A DNA stretch of 64,000 bases from an uncultured Chloroflexia bacterium (GTDB lineage: Bacteria; Chloroflexota; Limnocylindria; Limnocylindrales; CSP1-4), in the NCBI GenBank assembly GCA_963788685.1, contig CAWBHP010000001.1:48661-112660 (forward strand). Direction: 5' to 3'. The notes under the pieces are model-generated. The model was not told the origin of the DNA. It made no database searches and saw only the letters and a list, made by a program, of their open reading frames with translations. This document shows, piece by piece, positions 31,538 to 40,710 of the stretch; within the stretch, counting starts at the first letter, position 1; each line of letters starts with the position of its first letter. The position numbers and the translations under genes were made by a program.

Positions 31538-33112
31538 ATGTCGCAACGATCCCGAAGAGTCGTGTTCGGCTCAATCGTGATCCTGATTGCCACGATGGCC
31601 TGGGCACCGGCTGTCGTGGCCGCACCGCCGACACAGCAGATCTGCGCGTCGCGCACCAACGACAACATCAAGAAGCTGCTCGAGTGCGTGACGCTCGAGG
31701 GAGTCCGCGAGCACCAGGCCGCGCTCCAGGAGATCGCCGACGACAATGGCGGGACTCGGGCGGCGGGCACGCCGGGCTACGAGGAGAGCGTCGACTACGT
31801 CGTCGAGCGGATGACGGCCGCCGGCTACAACGTCTCGCTCAACAGCTTCCCGTTCGTCTTCGTCCCGCCGTCCACGCTCGAGCAGTTGACGCCAGTGGCG
31901 GCCACGTACGAGACCGGGGCGTTTACCGGATCCGCTTCCGGAGAGGTCACCGCCGCGGTCGTGCCGATCGACATCAACCTCGTCCCGCCGCGCGCGAACA
32001 CGAGTGGGTGCCAAGGAGCGTTCACCGAAGCGTTCGTTGGCGCCCCGCTCGTTGCGGATCCTGGCGGTGTCGACGACTTCGCCGGCCTCCCGGCCGGGGC
32101 GATCGCGCTGATCCAGCGCGGCGGCTGCAGCTTCGCCCTCAAGGCGTTCAACGCCAATGCTGCTGGTGCCGGCGGCGTCATCATCTTCAACCAGGGTGAC
32201 ACGCCGCTGCGCGAAGCCCTCATCGTGGGTACTGCGGTGCCACCTCCGCCTTCCCCACCCGCGCTCACCATCCCCGTCGTCGGCGGGTCGTTCGCCAACG
32301 GCGTGGCCCTCGCCGCACCGGGCTCGACCGCACACATCAACGTCCCACCGGCGCAGAACATCACGCTCAATAACGTGCTGGCGGAGTCGAAAGGCGGCAA
32401 TGCCAACAATGTCGTGATGGCCGGCGCTCACCTCGACTCGGTCCTCGCCGGACCCGGGATCAACGACAACGGCTCCGGCTCGGCCGCGATCCTCGAGATC
32501 GCCGAGCAGATGGCGAAGGTCAAGCCCCGCAACAAGCTCCGCTTCGCGTGGTGGGGCGCGGAGGAGGCCGGCCTCGTCGGCTCCACCGCCTACGTGAACG
32601 GCCTGAGCCAGGCGGAGCGGGACAAGATCGCCCTCTACCTCAACTTCGACATGGTCGGTTCGCCGAACCACGTCTTCTTCATCTACGACGGTGACAACTC
32701 CGATGGCGTCGGCTCACCGGCGGGCCCCCCGGGCTCAGCGCAGATCGAGAAGACCTTCGAGCGGTACTTCGACAGCGTCGGCGAGCCGTTCAAGGGGACC
32801 GACTTCTCCGGCCGGTCTGACTACGGCCCGTTCATCGCGAACGGCATCCCGTCGGGCGGACTGTTCACCGGCGCCGAGGGCATCAAGACTGCCGAGGAGG
32901 CCGCGATCTGGGGTGGCACGGCAGGCCAGCAGTACGACCCCTGCTACCACCTCGCCTGCGACACGTATGCCAATAACAACGACCACGCACTCGCCGTGAA
33001 CTCGGACGGCGTGGCGTATGCCACGCTCCAGTACGCGATGAACACGTCGGACGTCAACGGCGTCCGTGGCAAGGGCAACTTCAAGCTACCGCCCTTCCTG
33101 CCGGTGCAGTAG
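31538..33112 (+). CDS. Secreted M28 aminopeptidase with PA domain
   Basis: Signal peptide; IALIQRGGCSF (PA domain); GAHLDSV, GINDNGSGS, GAEEAGL, YLNFDM, RSDY, CYH; GGAGGAG RBS. Confidence 0.93.
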   Translation: MSQRSRRVVFGSIVILIATMAWAPAVVAAPPTQQICASRTNDNIKKLLECVTLEGVREHQAALQEIADDNGGTRAAGTPGYEESVDYVVERMTAAGYNVSLNSFPFVFVPPSTLEQLTPVAATYETGAFTGSASGEVTAAVVPIDINLVPPRANTSGCQGAFTEAFVGAPLVADPGGVDDFAGLPAGAIALIQRGGCSFALKAFNANAAGAGGVIIFNQGDTPLREALIVGTAVPPPPSPPALTIPVVGGSFANGVALAAPGSTAHINVPPAQNITLNNVLAESKGGNANNVVMAGAHLDSVLAGPGINDNGSGSAAILEIAEQMAKVKPRNKLRFAWWGAEEAGLVGSTAYVNGLSQAERDKIALYLNFDMVGSPNHVFFIYDGDNSDGVGSPAGPPGSAQIEKTFERYFDSVGEPFKGTDFSGRSDYGPFIANGIPSGGLFTGAEGIKTAEEAAIWGGTAGQQYDPCYHLACDTYANNNDHALAVNSDGVAYATLQYAMNTSDVNGVRGKGNFKLPPFLPVQ

Positions 33113-33123
33113 GCGGTCAAAGC

Positions 33124-33160
33124 GAGAGGCCCCGTCGGGACAACCGGCGGGGCCTTTCTT
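33124..33160. terminator. Terminator between convergent peptidase genes
   Basis: AGGCCCCGTCGG...CCGGCGGGGCCT followed by TTCTT. Confidence 0.75.
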
Positions 33161-34343
33161 CATTCGTTCGGCAATGCGCCGACGATGAGCGGCTCGCGCG
33201 GGAAGAGCGTCAGGCGCTCGACCTTGCCGGCGCTTGCGTCGAGGAACACGAGATCCTCGATCCGAACGCCCGTCTCGCCCTCGAGGTAGATCCCGGGTTC
33301 GACCGAGAAGACCGTCGGCGACGGCAGTCGGGCATCCGTCGCCGAGCGACTGAGCGACGGTCGTTCGTGGGTCGCGAGCCCGATCCCGTGACCCAGGCCG
33401 TGACCGAACGCCGGCCAGCGGCCGTCTGCCTCGATCAGCTCCCGGGCCAGGGCGTCGAGGTCACGCCCTGACGGCAGCTCCAGCTCCGCCCCGATCGTCG
33501 CCTCGAGCTGCGCGATCGCCGCGGCCTGTGCTGCGGCCACGAGCTTGTACACCGCGGCGTCACGCTCCGATGGCTCGCCGACGAAGAGCGTCCGCGTCAT
33601 GTCGCTCCGATACCCGGCGACCTGCGCCCCGAAATCGAAGAGCACCACGGAGCCGTTCGTCAGCGGTGCCTCCCCGGGCGATCCATGCGGCAGGGCTGCC
33701 TGCGGGCCTGCGAGACAGGTCGGGTCGAAGGCGACGGCCTCCGCGCCGCCCGTCCGGAGGAGCCACTCCAGCTCGAGCGCGAGAGCGGCCTCGGTGCGCG
33801 CCCGGCTTGATCCGTGGCAGGAGCGACGCGAGCGCACGATCGGCGACCGCGCACGCGGCCGCAATCCGCTCGACCTCGGCCGCCTCCTTGATCTCGCGAT
33901 CCGCCTCGATCCAGCCTTCGACCGGGACGAGCTCGACGCCCGGTGCCGCCTCCTCCAGCCGGCGCCAGAGCGCGTGAGATACGAACCCCGCCTCGACGGC
34001 CACCCGCTTGGCACCGACAGATGCCGCGAGCGACGCCCACTTCTCCGGCAGGTCGTAGCCCGCGTCCTCGATCCGAGCGCCCTTCGCCTCCCGCCCGGCC
34101 TGGATCGTGTAGCGCGAGTCGGCGAGGACGACGACCTCGCTCGCCACCGACGAGGAACTGGCCGGAGTGGCCCGCGACCTTCTCCTCGCCCTCCCCCAGC
34201 ACGAAGCCGGTGAGGTAGCGCGTGTTCTCGCGGCGGACGCCGAAGTAGGCCTCGACGTTGTGCGCGGCGAACCTCGCCCGAAGGCGGCGCGAGCCGCGCC
34301 GGCCGAGCGGCCCGGTCCGCTTCGGCCCAGCGGGCGTGATCAT
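33160..34343 (-). CDS. Xaa-Pro aminopeptidase (M24), frameshifted
   Basis: ALPHG, DFGA...YRSDMTRT, HGLGHGIGL..HE, VEPGIY, GVRIED; typical efp neighbour. Confidence 0.92.
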
Positions 34344-34401
34344 CGGCCGTCGGTGGTGCCGCGAAGTCAGCAGGGATCGGCAGCGCGGCTGTCTTCCGCC
34401 A

Positions 34402-35772
34402 TCAGTAGCCGAACTCCTCGCGGTTGGCATCGTGCTCCGCCTGGTTCCTCGCGAAGGCGTGGCCGTCGGATCCGTCGTTCTTCGCCAGGAAGAAGACGTA
34501 GCCCTCCTTCGTGTCGGGAGCGAGCGCGGCGTCGATCGAGGCGAGGGTCGGCGTGCAGATCGGGCCAGGGATGGGCCCCTCGGTCTGATAGGTCTGGTAG
34601 CCCTGGAGGTCCTCGGGCAGGGTGATCTCCGCCATGCCGATGTCCTTCGGGACAGCCCAGAAGAGATACTCGCGCCAGCTCTCGAAGTCCGTCTCAGCGA
34701 GCTTCACGGTGTCGTAGCGCATAGATGACGGTCGGGTCCGCCTGGAGCAGCCGGTGCCCGAGCTTCCCGTCGAGGCGGTTCTGGTAGACGCCCGCGATCA
34801 GCGCCCGTTCGTCGTCGAGGATCGCCTCCCGCTCGACGAGCGACGCCAGCGACAACACCTCGCGGAACGTCATCCCGCGCTCGGCCGGAACGTTCATCCG
34901 GCCCTCGATCGCGGTCTGGAAGCGATCGAGCATGAGCCGAACCAGCTCCTCGCCCGTCGTGTCGGGCAGGACGCGGTACGTCGCCGGCCAGAGGTAGCCC
35001 TGGAGCGAGGCGCCGTCCGGGAGCTCCAGCCATTCGTAGTCGGCGAGCAGCTCGGGGGTCGGCTTCGACGCGAGGTCGTAGAACTCGCGCGGATCCATCT
35101 TCAGCCCATCGATCGTCTGGAGGAGGGCCGTCACCTGCTCGAGCCGAAGGCCGGTCCGAAGCTTGATCTCGACGTACGGGATCGCCGGCGGCGCCAGGAG
35201 CGCGGTGACGATCTCATCGGGCGTCATCGACCGGCGGAGGATGAACTCGCCCGACTTGAGCTTGGCGGTGAGGTCGCGCTGGACGGCGATGTAGACGAAT
35301 GCGCGGCGGTCCTTGACGAAGCCCTCTTCCTCGAGCTTCGCGCCGATCGTCGTGGCGCTCTCGCCTGAGCCGATGACGAAGGCCACTTGCTCGGTGTCAT
35401 CCGATGCCGGATCCGTGAGCTTCTTGCCGAGGTCCTCCCGTACGAGGTCGGCGACGAACGGCACGCCGAGGGCGCCGGGGCTATCGGCTGCCCAGCCGAT
35501 CACGGCGCCCCGGACCACGGGTCGCAGAACCGTGACCAGCGCCGCCAGCACGATCGCGGCAAGGATCAGGGCGAACAGCAGGAACCTGAGCAGGCCACCG
35601 TGCCCGCCACCGCCGCCGCCGCGCCGCGCCGCCCGTATCCCCCGCCGTTCGATCCGTGGCCGTTACCCGGTGGCCGCCGGTACTCCGGCTCCCACGCCTC
35701 CTCGCGCGCTTCCTCGGCGATCGGGTGGGCCTGCCGTGCGTCCCGGGGGCGTCCGCCGGAGCGGAGGGTCAT
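34402..35772 (-). CDS. mltG: Endolytic transglycosylase MltG, frameshifted
   Basis: LQGYLWPATY, LASLVERE, IAGVYQNRL, LQADPTV, YQTY...GPIPGPICTP. Confidence 0.92.
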
Positions 35773-36317
35773 CGTGTGGTCTCCATGTCGTCGTCAGTGG
35801 TTGTTCCCCCGTCCGCCAGGTTCGCCGGGTTCGCGTGGCTCGCTGGGTCCGCGTGATTTGCGCTCGCCGCGTTCGCCGCGCGGGCATCGAGCTCATCCTG
35901 GAGGATGATCGCCGCCGCTTCGCGATCGACCCGGCCACGGTGGGCGTCGCGCTGAGTCCTGCTCGGTGGGCCGCCCGAGCGTCCCCGCTTCATCGGGCCG
36001 ACGCGCGCCTCGGCGAGGTGGCTCGACAGGCGCTCGTCGCGCAGGGTAATTGTGACGCCAACGAGCGGTTCGAGCGCAGCCACCCAGTCGCGGGTGATCT
36101 CGGCCTGCGTTCCTGACGCGCCGGACGCGTGAAGCGGCAACCCGACGACGAGCTCGTCCGCGTCCTGCTCGATCGCGACCCGGGCGATCGCGGCCGCGTC
36201 CTGGGCCGGCGTCGAACGGCGAAGGGTGACGAGCGCCGTCGCCATTCCTCCGTCGCGATCCGCCACCGCCAGCCCGATCCGCCGCTCGCCGAGATCCGCC
36301 CCCAGAATCCGCGTCAC
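35769..36317 (-). CDS. ruvX: RuvX/YqgF family nuclease
   Basis: LGADLGERRIGLAVAD, VVGLP, DERLSS, VDREAAAIILQ. Confidence 0.93.
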   Translation of the reverse strand: MTRILGADLGERRIGLAVADRDGGMATALVTLRRSTPAQDAAAIARVAIEQDADELVVGLPLHASGASGTQAEITRDWVAALEPLVGVTITLRDERLSSHLAEARVGPMKRGRSGGPPSRTQRDAHRGRVDREAAAIILQDELDARAANAASANHADPASHANPANLADGGTTTDDDMETTR

Positions 36318-38209
36318 GGGGCCGGGCTTGCGACCGGCAGGCCACTCGTGGCCGGATCGGGCGCGGTGGATGGTTTTGCGGTGACGGTAGGCCGAGGCGA
36401 GGCAGGGGGCCGCACCGACGCGGGCGGCGACGGCGACCCGTCAGGCGACCCGTCCGACTGCCCGACGATCTCGATCGTGACCCGCGACTCGATGCCGGGG
36501 ATCGTGGTGACCCACTCGGGCCACGGGGTGATCACGACATCGCCGAACTGGCCGAGGATTGAGCGCCCCTCGTCGACAGTCCGACCCTTGATCGCGGCAA
36601 GCAACTCTGCCGGGTCGAGGATCGCGACGCGTTGCGCCCTGGCGGTCACCGGGAACGAGACCTCGCCGCCCGTCACGGTCGGATCGCCGGGCGTGATCTC
36701 GACGGAGCCCTCGACGAGGCGGTGGTCCGCGCCGACGTTCGAGAGGAGCCGCGTCTCAGCGATGCTCATGACCGGCGAGGCATCGACAGCGATCACCGTT
36801 CCGCGCGCGGTTAGTTCGAGATCGAACGTCGCGACCTCCTTGCCGACGAGCGTGGCCGGATCCACCGTCGGCGTCGAATCGCCCAGTTCCGCCGTCTCGG
36901 CGAAGACCGTGGCGTTCGCCGGGGCGCCCGCGCCATCGGCGAGCGCGGCCTCGAACGCGTCGGCGAGTTTCGCCTGGAGGGCAACCATGGCGGCGTCGAT
37001 ATCCTCCTGGCCGATCCGTGGGAACTCCTCGTGGACCCCGCCTGCCGTCGGGTTGGGGTTCCGGACCGTGGTCAGCTGCGGGTCCTCGTCGCGCGGCACA
37101 ACCTTGATCGCGTTGGTCGGGACGTTGCCCGCCGTGCCGGCCTTCACCGCGACGACACTGACCGACTTGGACGATGGCCGGATCTCGATCGGCGTCCCGA
37201 AGATCACCTCCGCCTTCGGCAGCGTGATCGTCGCCCTCGTCGCGAAGGCGATGCCGCCTTCGGTCGAGACGATGCTCCCCTTGGCGATCGTGTTCTCGGC
37301 CCCCGAGTTGTAGCTCTGGAACACGACCTCGCCGGCGGCTTGTTCCTCCTCGACCCGCTTGTCGGTGGAGCTGAACGTGTCCGACGCGGAGACCGGCACG
37401 TCCAGGCGCTGAGCGGGGACGAGATTCTCCGCGGCGTTCGGCGAGGTGATGTCCGGGTCCGCCCGGACGACGAGGGCGATCGGGCCGATGCTCTCAGGGC
37501 GGGGCGTGACCACGATCTCGGCTGACGGCAGGAAGAGGAACGCCCCGACACCGGCCACGACGAGGACGAGGACGGCGGCGGCGGCCGTGACGAGGATCGG
37601 GGCGCCGATCCGTGGCATCGACCGGCTCCTGACGACGGCGATGCGACTGGGGGCCGACGGGATTGCCGACGACGATGGCGACGGAGAACGCGGCAGGGCA
37701 GGGCTTGCGACAGCGATCGTCGGAGCCGGTGTCAGGGGCAGCGTCGCCTGCTCGGCCGCGACTTGCTTCGCGGCCTTTCGGCGGGATGTGGCGGCGGAAG
37801 CAGCCGGACTCGCGCTGGCAGCGCCCGTGGCGATTGCCGTAGCGGCGGGCACGGCCGCCGCCGCGGATGCTGCTAGCGGCGCCTGTTCGTTGGTCGTCGC
37901 GCTCGCGCCGTCGGAGCCCGAACCGCCTGAGGTCCCAGCGGCTGATTCCCACTCCGCGACGCTCGAGAAAACCGGCAGACCGGCCGAGGCCGCGAGAGCC
38001 CGCGTCGCAGGATCGGTCGCGACGATCGACAGCCGCCGATTGTTGACCATGGCCTCGCGCGACAGCAGGCGGAAGTTCATTCGCGACGTGGCGATCCGCG
38101 AGCCGTACGGCACGACGAGGGCGACCTTCGTGGCCTCGGACCCGCGGATGCGGGCGGCCGCGGAGGTGATTTCGTCGTCGACGTCGAGATAGACGGTGCC
38201 GGTCGCCAT
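36314..38209 (-). CDS. Bitopic membrane protein with an N-terminal alpha/beta domain and an extracellular baseplate-J-like region
   Basis: YLDVDDEITS N-terminal domain, Ala/Pro/Ser linker, one TM helix (LVLVVAGVGAFLFLP), then AAGEVVF..TIAKGSIVST..F.T...VVAVKAGTAGNV...VRNPNPTAGG. Confidence 0.75.
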   Translation of the reverse strand: MATGTVYLDVDDEITSAAARIRGSEATKVALVVPYGSRIATSRMNFRLLSREAMVNNRRLSIVATDPATRALAASAGLPVFSSVAEWESAAGTSGGSGSDGASATTNEQAPLAASAAAAVPAATAIATGAASASPAASAATSRRKAAKQVAAEQATLPLTPAPTIAVASPALPRSPSPSSSAIPSAPSRIAVVRSRSMPRIGAPILVTAAAAVLVLVVAGVGAFLFLPSAEIVVTPRPESIGPIALVVRADPDITSPNAAENLVPAQRLDVPVSASDTFSSTDKRVEEEQAAGEVVFQSYNSGAENTIAKGSIVSTEGGIAFATRATITLPKAEVIFGTPIEIRPSSKSVSVVAVKAGTAGNVPTNAIKVVPRDEDPQLTTVRNPNPTAGGVHEEFPRIGQEDIDAAMVALQAKLADAFEAALADGAGAPANATVFAETAELGDSTPTVDPATLVGKEVATFDLELTARGTVIAVDASPVMSIAETRLLSNVGADHRLVEGSVEITPGDPTVTGGEVSFPVTARAQRVAILDPAELLAAIKGRTVDEGRSILGQFGDVVITPWPEWVTTIPGIESRVTIEIVGQSDGSPDGSPSPPASVRPPASPRPTVTAKPSTAPDPATSGLPVASPAP

Positions 38210-38219
38210 CGAGGCCAGA

Positions 38220-39482
38220 CTAGACCTTCATCGCCCGGAGGACCCGACGTAGGGCGGCATCGAGCGGATCTTCGGTCGTCTGGAGCTCGATCGCCTGGTA
38301 GGCAAGGCCGAGCGGCGTCACGTCCTGCTGGTCGACGAGGAGGTTCGTCGCATCGGAGATCGTCTCGATCTGGTCAGGGGCCATCACGACGACCTCCGGC
38401 GGCCGGGCGAACGAGAGGCGCTTCCAGAACCGCTCGCTGGCGATCGCTTCACGGATCTCCGGGAGTCTCGAGCCACCGCCGCAGATGTAGATCCGACTCG
38501 GCAGCAGATCGCCGCCGCCGAGCTCCTCCATGACGAGCTCAACTCCCGCTGCCCAGACCTCGACGTCGTCGGCGACGATCTTGGCGATCTCGTCGCGTCG
38601 CTCGACGCTGATGCCCCGGGCGTAGTCGACCTTCAGCGATTCGGCACGCGGGAACGGGAGATCGAGCCGATCAGCCAGGGACTTCGTGAAGGCGCGCCCG
38701 CCGAGCGCGAACATCCGCGTGCCCTCGATGCCGCCGGATCGGACCAGGGCGACATCGGTCGTCCCGCCGCCCACGTCGACGAACAGGGCACCGGCCTGGC
38801 GGATCGACTCGGAGCCGAGGACGCGGGCGACGGCGTACGGCTCGGCCACAACCTCGAGCAGCTCGAGATCCAGCTGCGACGTGACGCTCTGCAGGGCGCC
38901 GAGGTGGACGAGCGGGGCGAACGCGTTGAAGATCCCGATCTTCACGTGGCGTCCCTGGAACCCGACCGGGTTCGTCAGCGCGTAGCCGTCGATCGCGGCC
39001 CCGACGACGGCGGCGTGGACGAGCCGGACGTCGACATTCGGGAGGCCGGTCTCCCACGTGATCGAGCGCTCGGCCTCCCGGAGGGCTTCACGTTGGACGA
39101 AGTCGATGAGCTTCTGGAGCTCGGACTCGCTGATCGGCTGGTCCGGCTTCTTGCGCTCCTGGCTGTGGGTCGTCGTGAAGCCCTTGACGAGCTCGCCGGC
39201 GATCCCGACGACGACCTGGGTCGGCCGGAAGCCGGCCATCTCCTCGGCCTCCTGAAGGGCGACCGCGCAGTTGTCGACAACCGCAGCAATGTCGGCGACC
39301 GTGCCGGACTGCATGTGGCTGAGGCCCTGGCGCTTCCGCCCGACGCCGCGGACCGTGCCATGGCCGTCGGTGCCGATCTCGAAGACAAGCGCCTTGGCGA
39401 ACTCGGTCCCGATGTCGAGCGCTGTGCAGATCGCGAGCGACTCGCCGCCGTCCCGCTGGAGGATCTTCCGCCAGAAGGCCAT
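38220..39482 (-). CDS. FtsA-like actin-family ATPase (orphan paralogue)
   Basis: ALDIGT, IDGY..TNPVGFQG (1C subdomain), EPYAVA, VDVGGGTTD, CGGGSRL. Confidence 0.9.
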   Translation of the reverse strand: MAFWRKILQRDGGESLAICTALDIGTEFAKALVFEIGTDGHGTVRGVGRKRQGLSHMQSGTVADIAAVVDNCAVALQEAEEMAGFRPTQVVVGIAGELVKGFTTTHSQERKKPDQPISESELQKLIDFVQREALREAERSITWETGLPNVDVRLVHAAVVGAAIDGYALTNPVGFQGRHVKIGIFNAFAPLVHLGALQSVTSQLDLELLEVVAEPYAVARVLGSESIRQAGALFVDVGGGTTDVALVRSGGIEGTRMFALGGRAFTKSLADRLDLPFPRAESLKVDYARGISVERRDEIAKIVADDVEVWAAGVELVMEELGGGDLLPSRIYICGGGSRLPEIREAIASERFWKRLSFARPPEVVVMAPDQIETISDATNLLVDQQDVTPLGLAYQAIELQTTEDPLDAALRRVLRAMKV

Positions 39483-40124
39483 TCAGATCAGTCCGGGATC
39501 GGGCAGCCTGCCCAATGCCAAATAGCGCCAGAGTCGGACCATGAACACGATCGCGAAAATCGTCAGCACCTGAGCGTACGAGAACCACGATTGCGCGCCA
39601 ACGACGTTCGGGCCTTCGCCCACCAACAGCAGCGCCATCGCGAGAAGACTGCCGGCTCCCCCAAGTTGTCCTGCCCAGCCAATCCGCCGCAGCCTGACAT
39701 CCATCCCCGAGACGATGCCGCCGGCAATGATGAGCCATAGACCGAAGCCGACATTTGCGCTGACGAAGACCGGGACGTCGAGAAGGCTCACATCGGCGCC
39801 CGCCAGCGTCAAAGCATTTGACGCGATGACGACGGACGCTCCCAAGCCGCCCGCGGCCAATGCGACCAGAGCGCGGCGCGGTTTCTCTTCTTGAAGCCAC
39901 CCGTGGATGCCGACGACGGTTGCCAGCTCCGCCAGCGCGCGTATGGCCTCGGACACAAGGAAGGTCGGCCGTGACAGCCGCTCTTCGACTGTTCCAGTGC
40001 CCGCCAAGACGGCAGCAATCTGGAGCAGGATTGCGAGCGCGGCGATGAGAGCCGTCCAGCCCGCGACTTTGCGGGATCGTGCGTGGGCGACGATGTTGTC
40101 GTCACGAGTCGGGGAAAGCTCCAT
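39483..40124 (-). CDS. Hypothetical multi-pass membrane protein
   Basis: About six hydrophobic segments; less GC-biased than neighbours. Confidence 0.7.
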   Translation of the reverse strand: MELSPTRDDNIVAHARSRKVAGWTALIAALAILLQIAAVLAGTGTVEERLSRPTFLVSEAIRALAELATVVGIHGWLQEEKPRRALVALAAGGLGASVVIASNALTLAGADVSLLDVPVFVSANVGFGLWLIIAGGIVSGMDVRLRRIGWAGQLGGAGSLLAMALLLVGEGPNVVGAQSWFSYAQVLTIFAIVFMVRLWRYLALGRLPDPGLI

Positions 40125-40128
40125 TCGC

Positions 40129-40710
40129 TCAGGCGTTCCAATCGGGAACGACGAGGTCGCCGGTCACGAGCCGGGTGCCGAGGACCACGAAGAATGTCGT
40201 CGATGCGCCGAGAAGCAACCCGCCCCCGAGCGCCGAGAGCGGATGTCGTTCGTTGCCGGCGGCGAAGCCGTACCCGACGGCGACGAACCCGATGCCTGAC
40301 CCGATTGCCAGCCAGGCGAGCGCACCCTCCAGGGCTGTATTTCCAGCGAGAAGGCCGCTGGCGATGTACCACAGCCCGATCACCGCTCCACACAGCAGGA
40401 CCCATTTCTTGGTTTGCTCGTACGTCACCCGCCGGGCGACGAGTAGCGCCTGGAGCGCGGCCACGGCCAGCATCGCGCCGATCCCGATCGCCGCTACGGG
40501 CAGGACGACCGTCGTCACCGTCTCGCTCTCGAGCGTCGCTACGAGCAAAGCAACGGGGATCATCGCCAGCATCAGGACGACGCTGCTCGCATCGTTCAGC
40601 CGGCCCCACTCCCCGCCTCGCGAGAAGAAGAGGACGAGCGTCACGGCACCAACGACGGTCGCCGCCGCCGCGACGAGCGCACTCCAGCCCGCAGCGACCT
40701 CCGGCGTCAC
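40129..40710 (-). CDS. Hypothetical multi-pass membrane protein
   Basis: About six hydrophobic segments; GTG overlaps the alaS stop. Confidence 0.75.
   Translation of the reverse strand: MTPEVAAGWSALVAAAATVVGAVTLVLFFSRGGEWGRLNDASSVVLMLAMIPVALLVATLESETVTTVVLPVAAIGIGAMLAVAALQALLVARRVTYEQTKKWVLLCGAVIGLWYIASGLLAGNTALEGALAWLAIGSGIGFVAVGYGFAAGNERHPLSALGGGLLLGASTTFFVVLGTRLVTGDLVVPDWNA

Noticed and set aside
36314-38209. Prophage or contractile injection system
   Set aside because: No sheath, tube, spike, capsid or other phage genes; the protein has a TM anchor and sits in a housekeeping operon.
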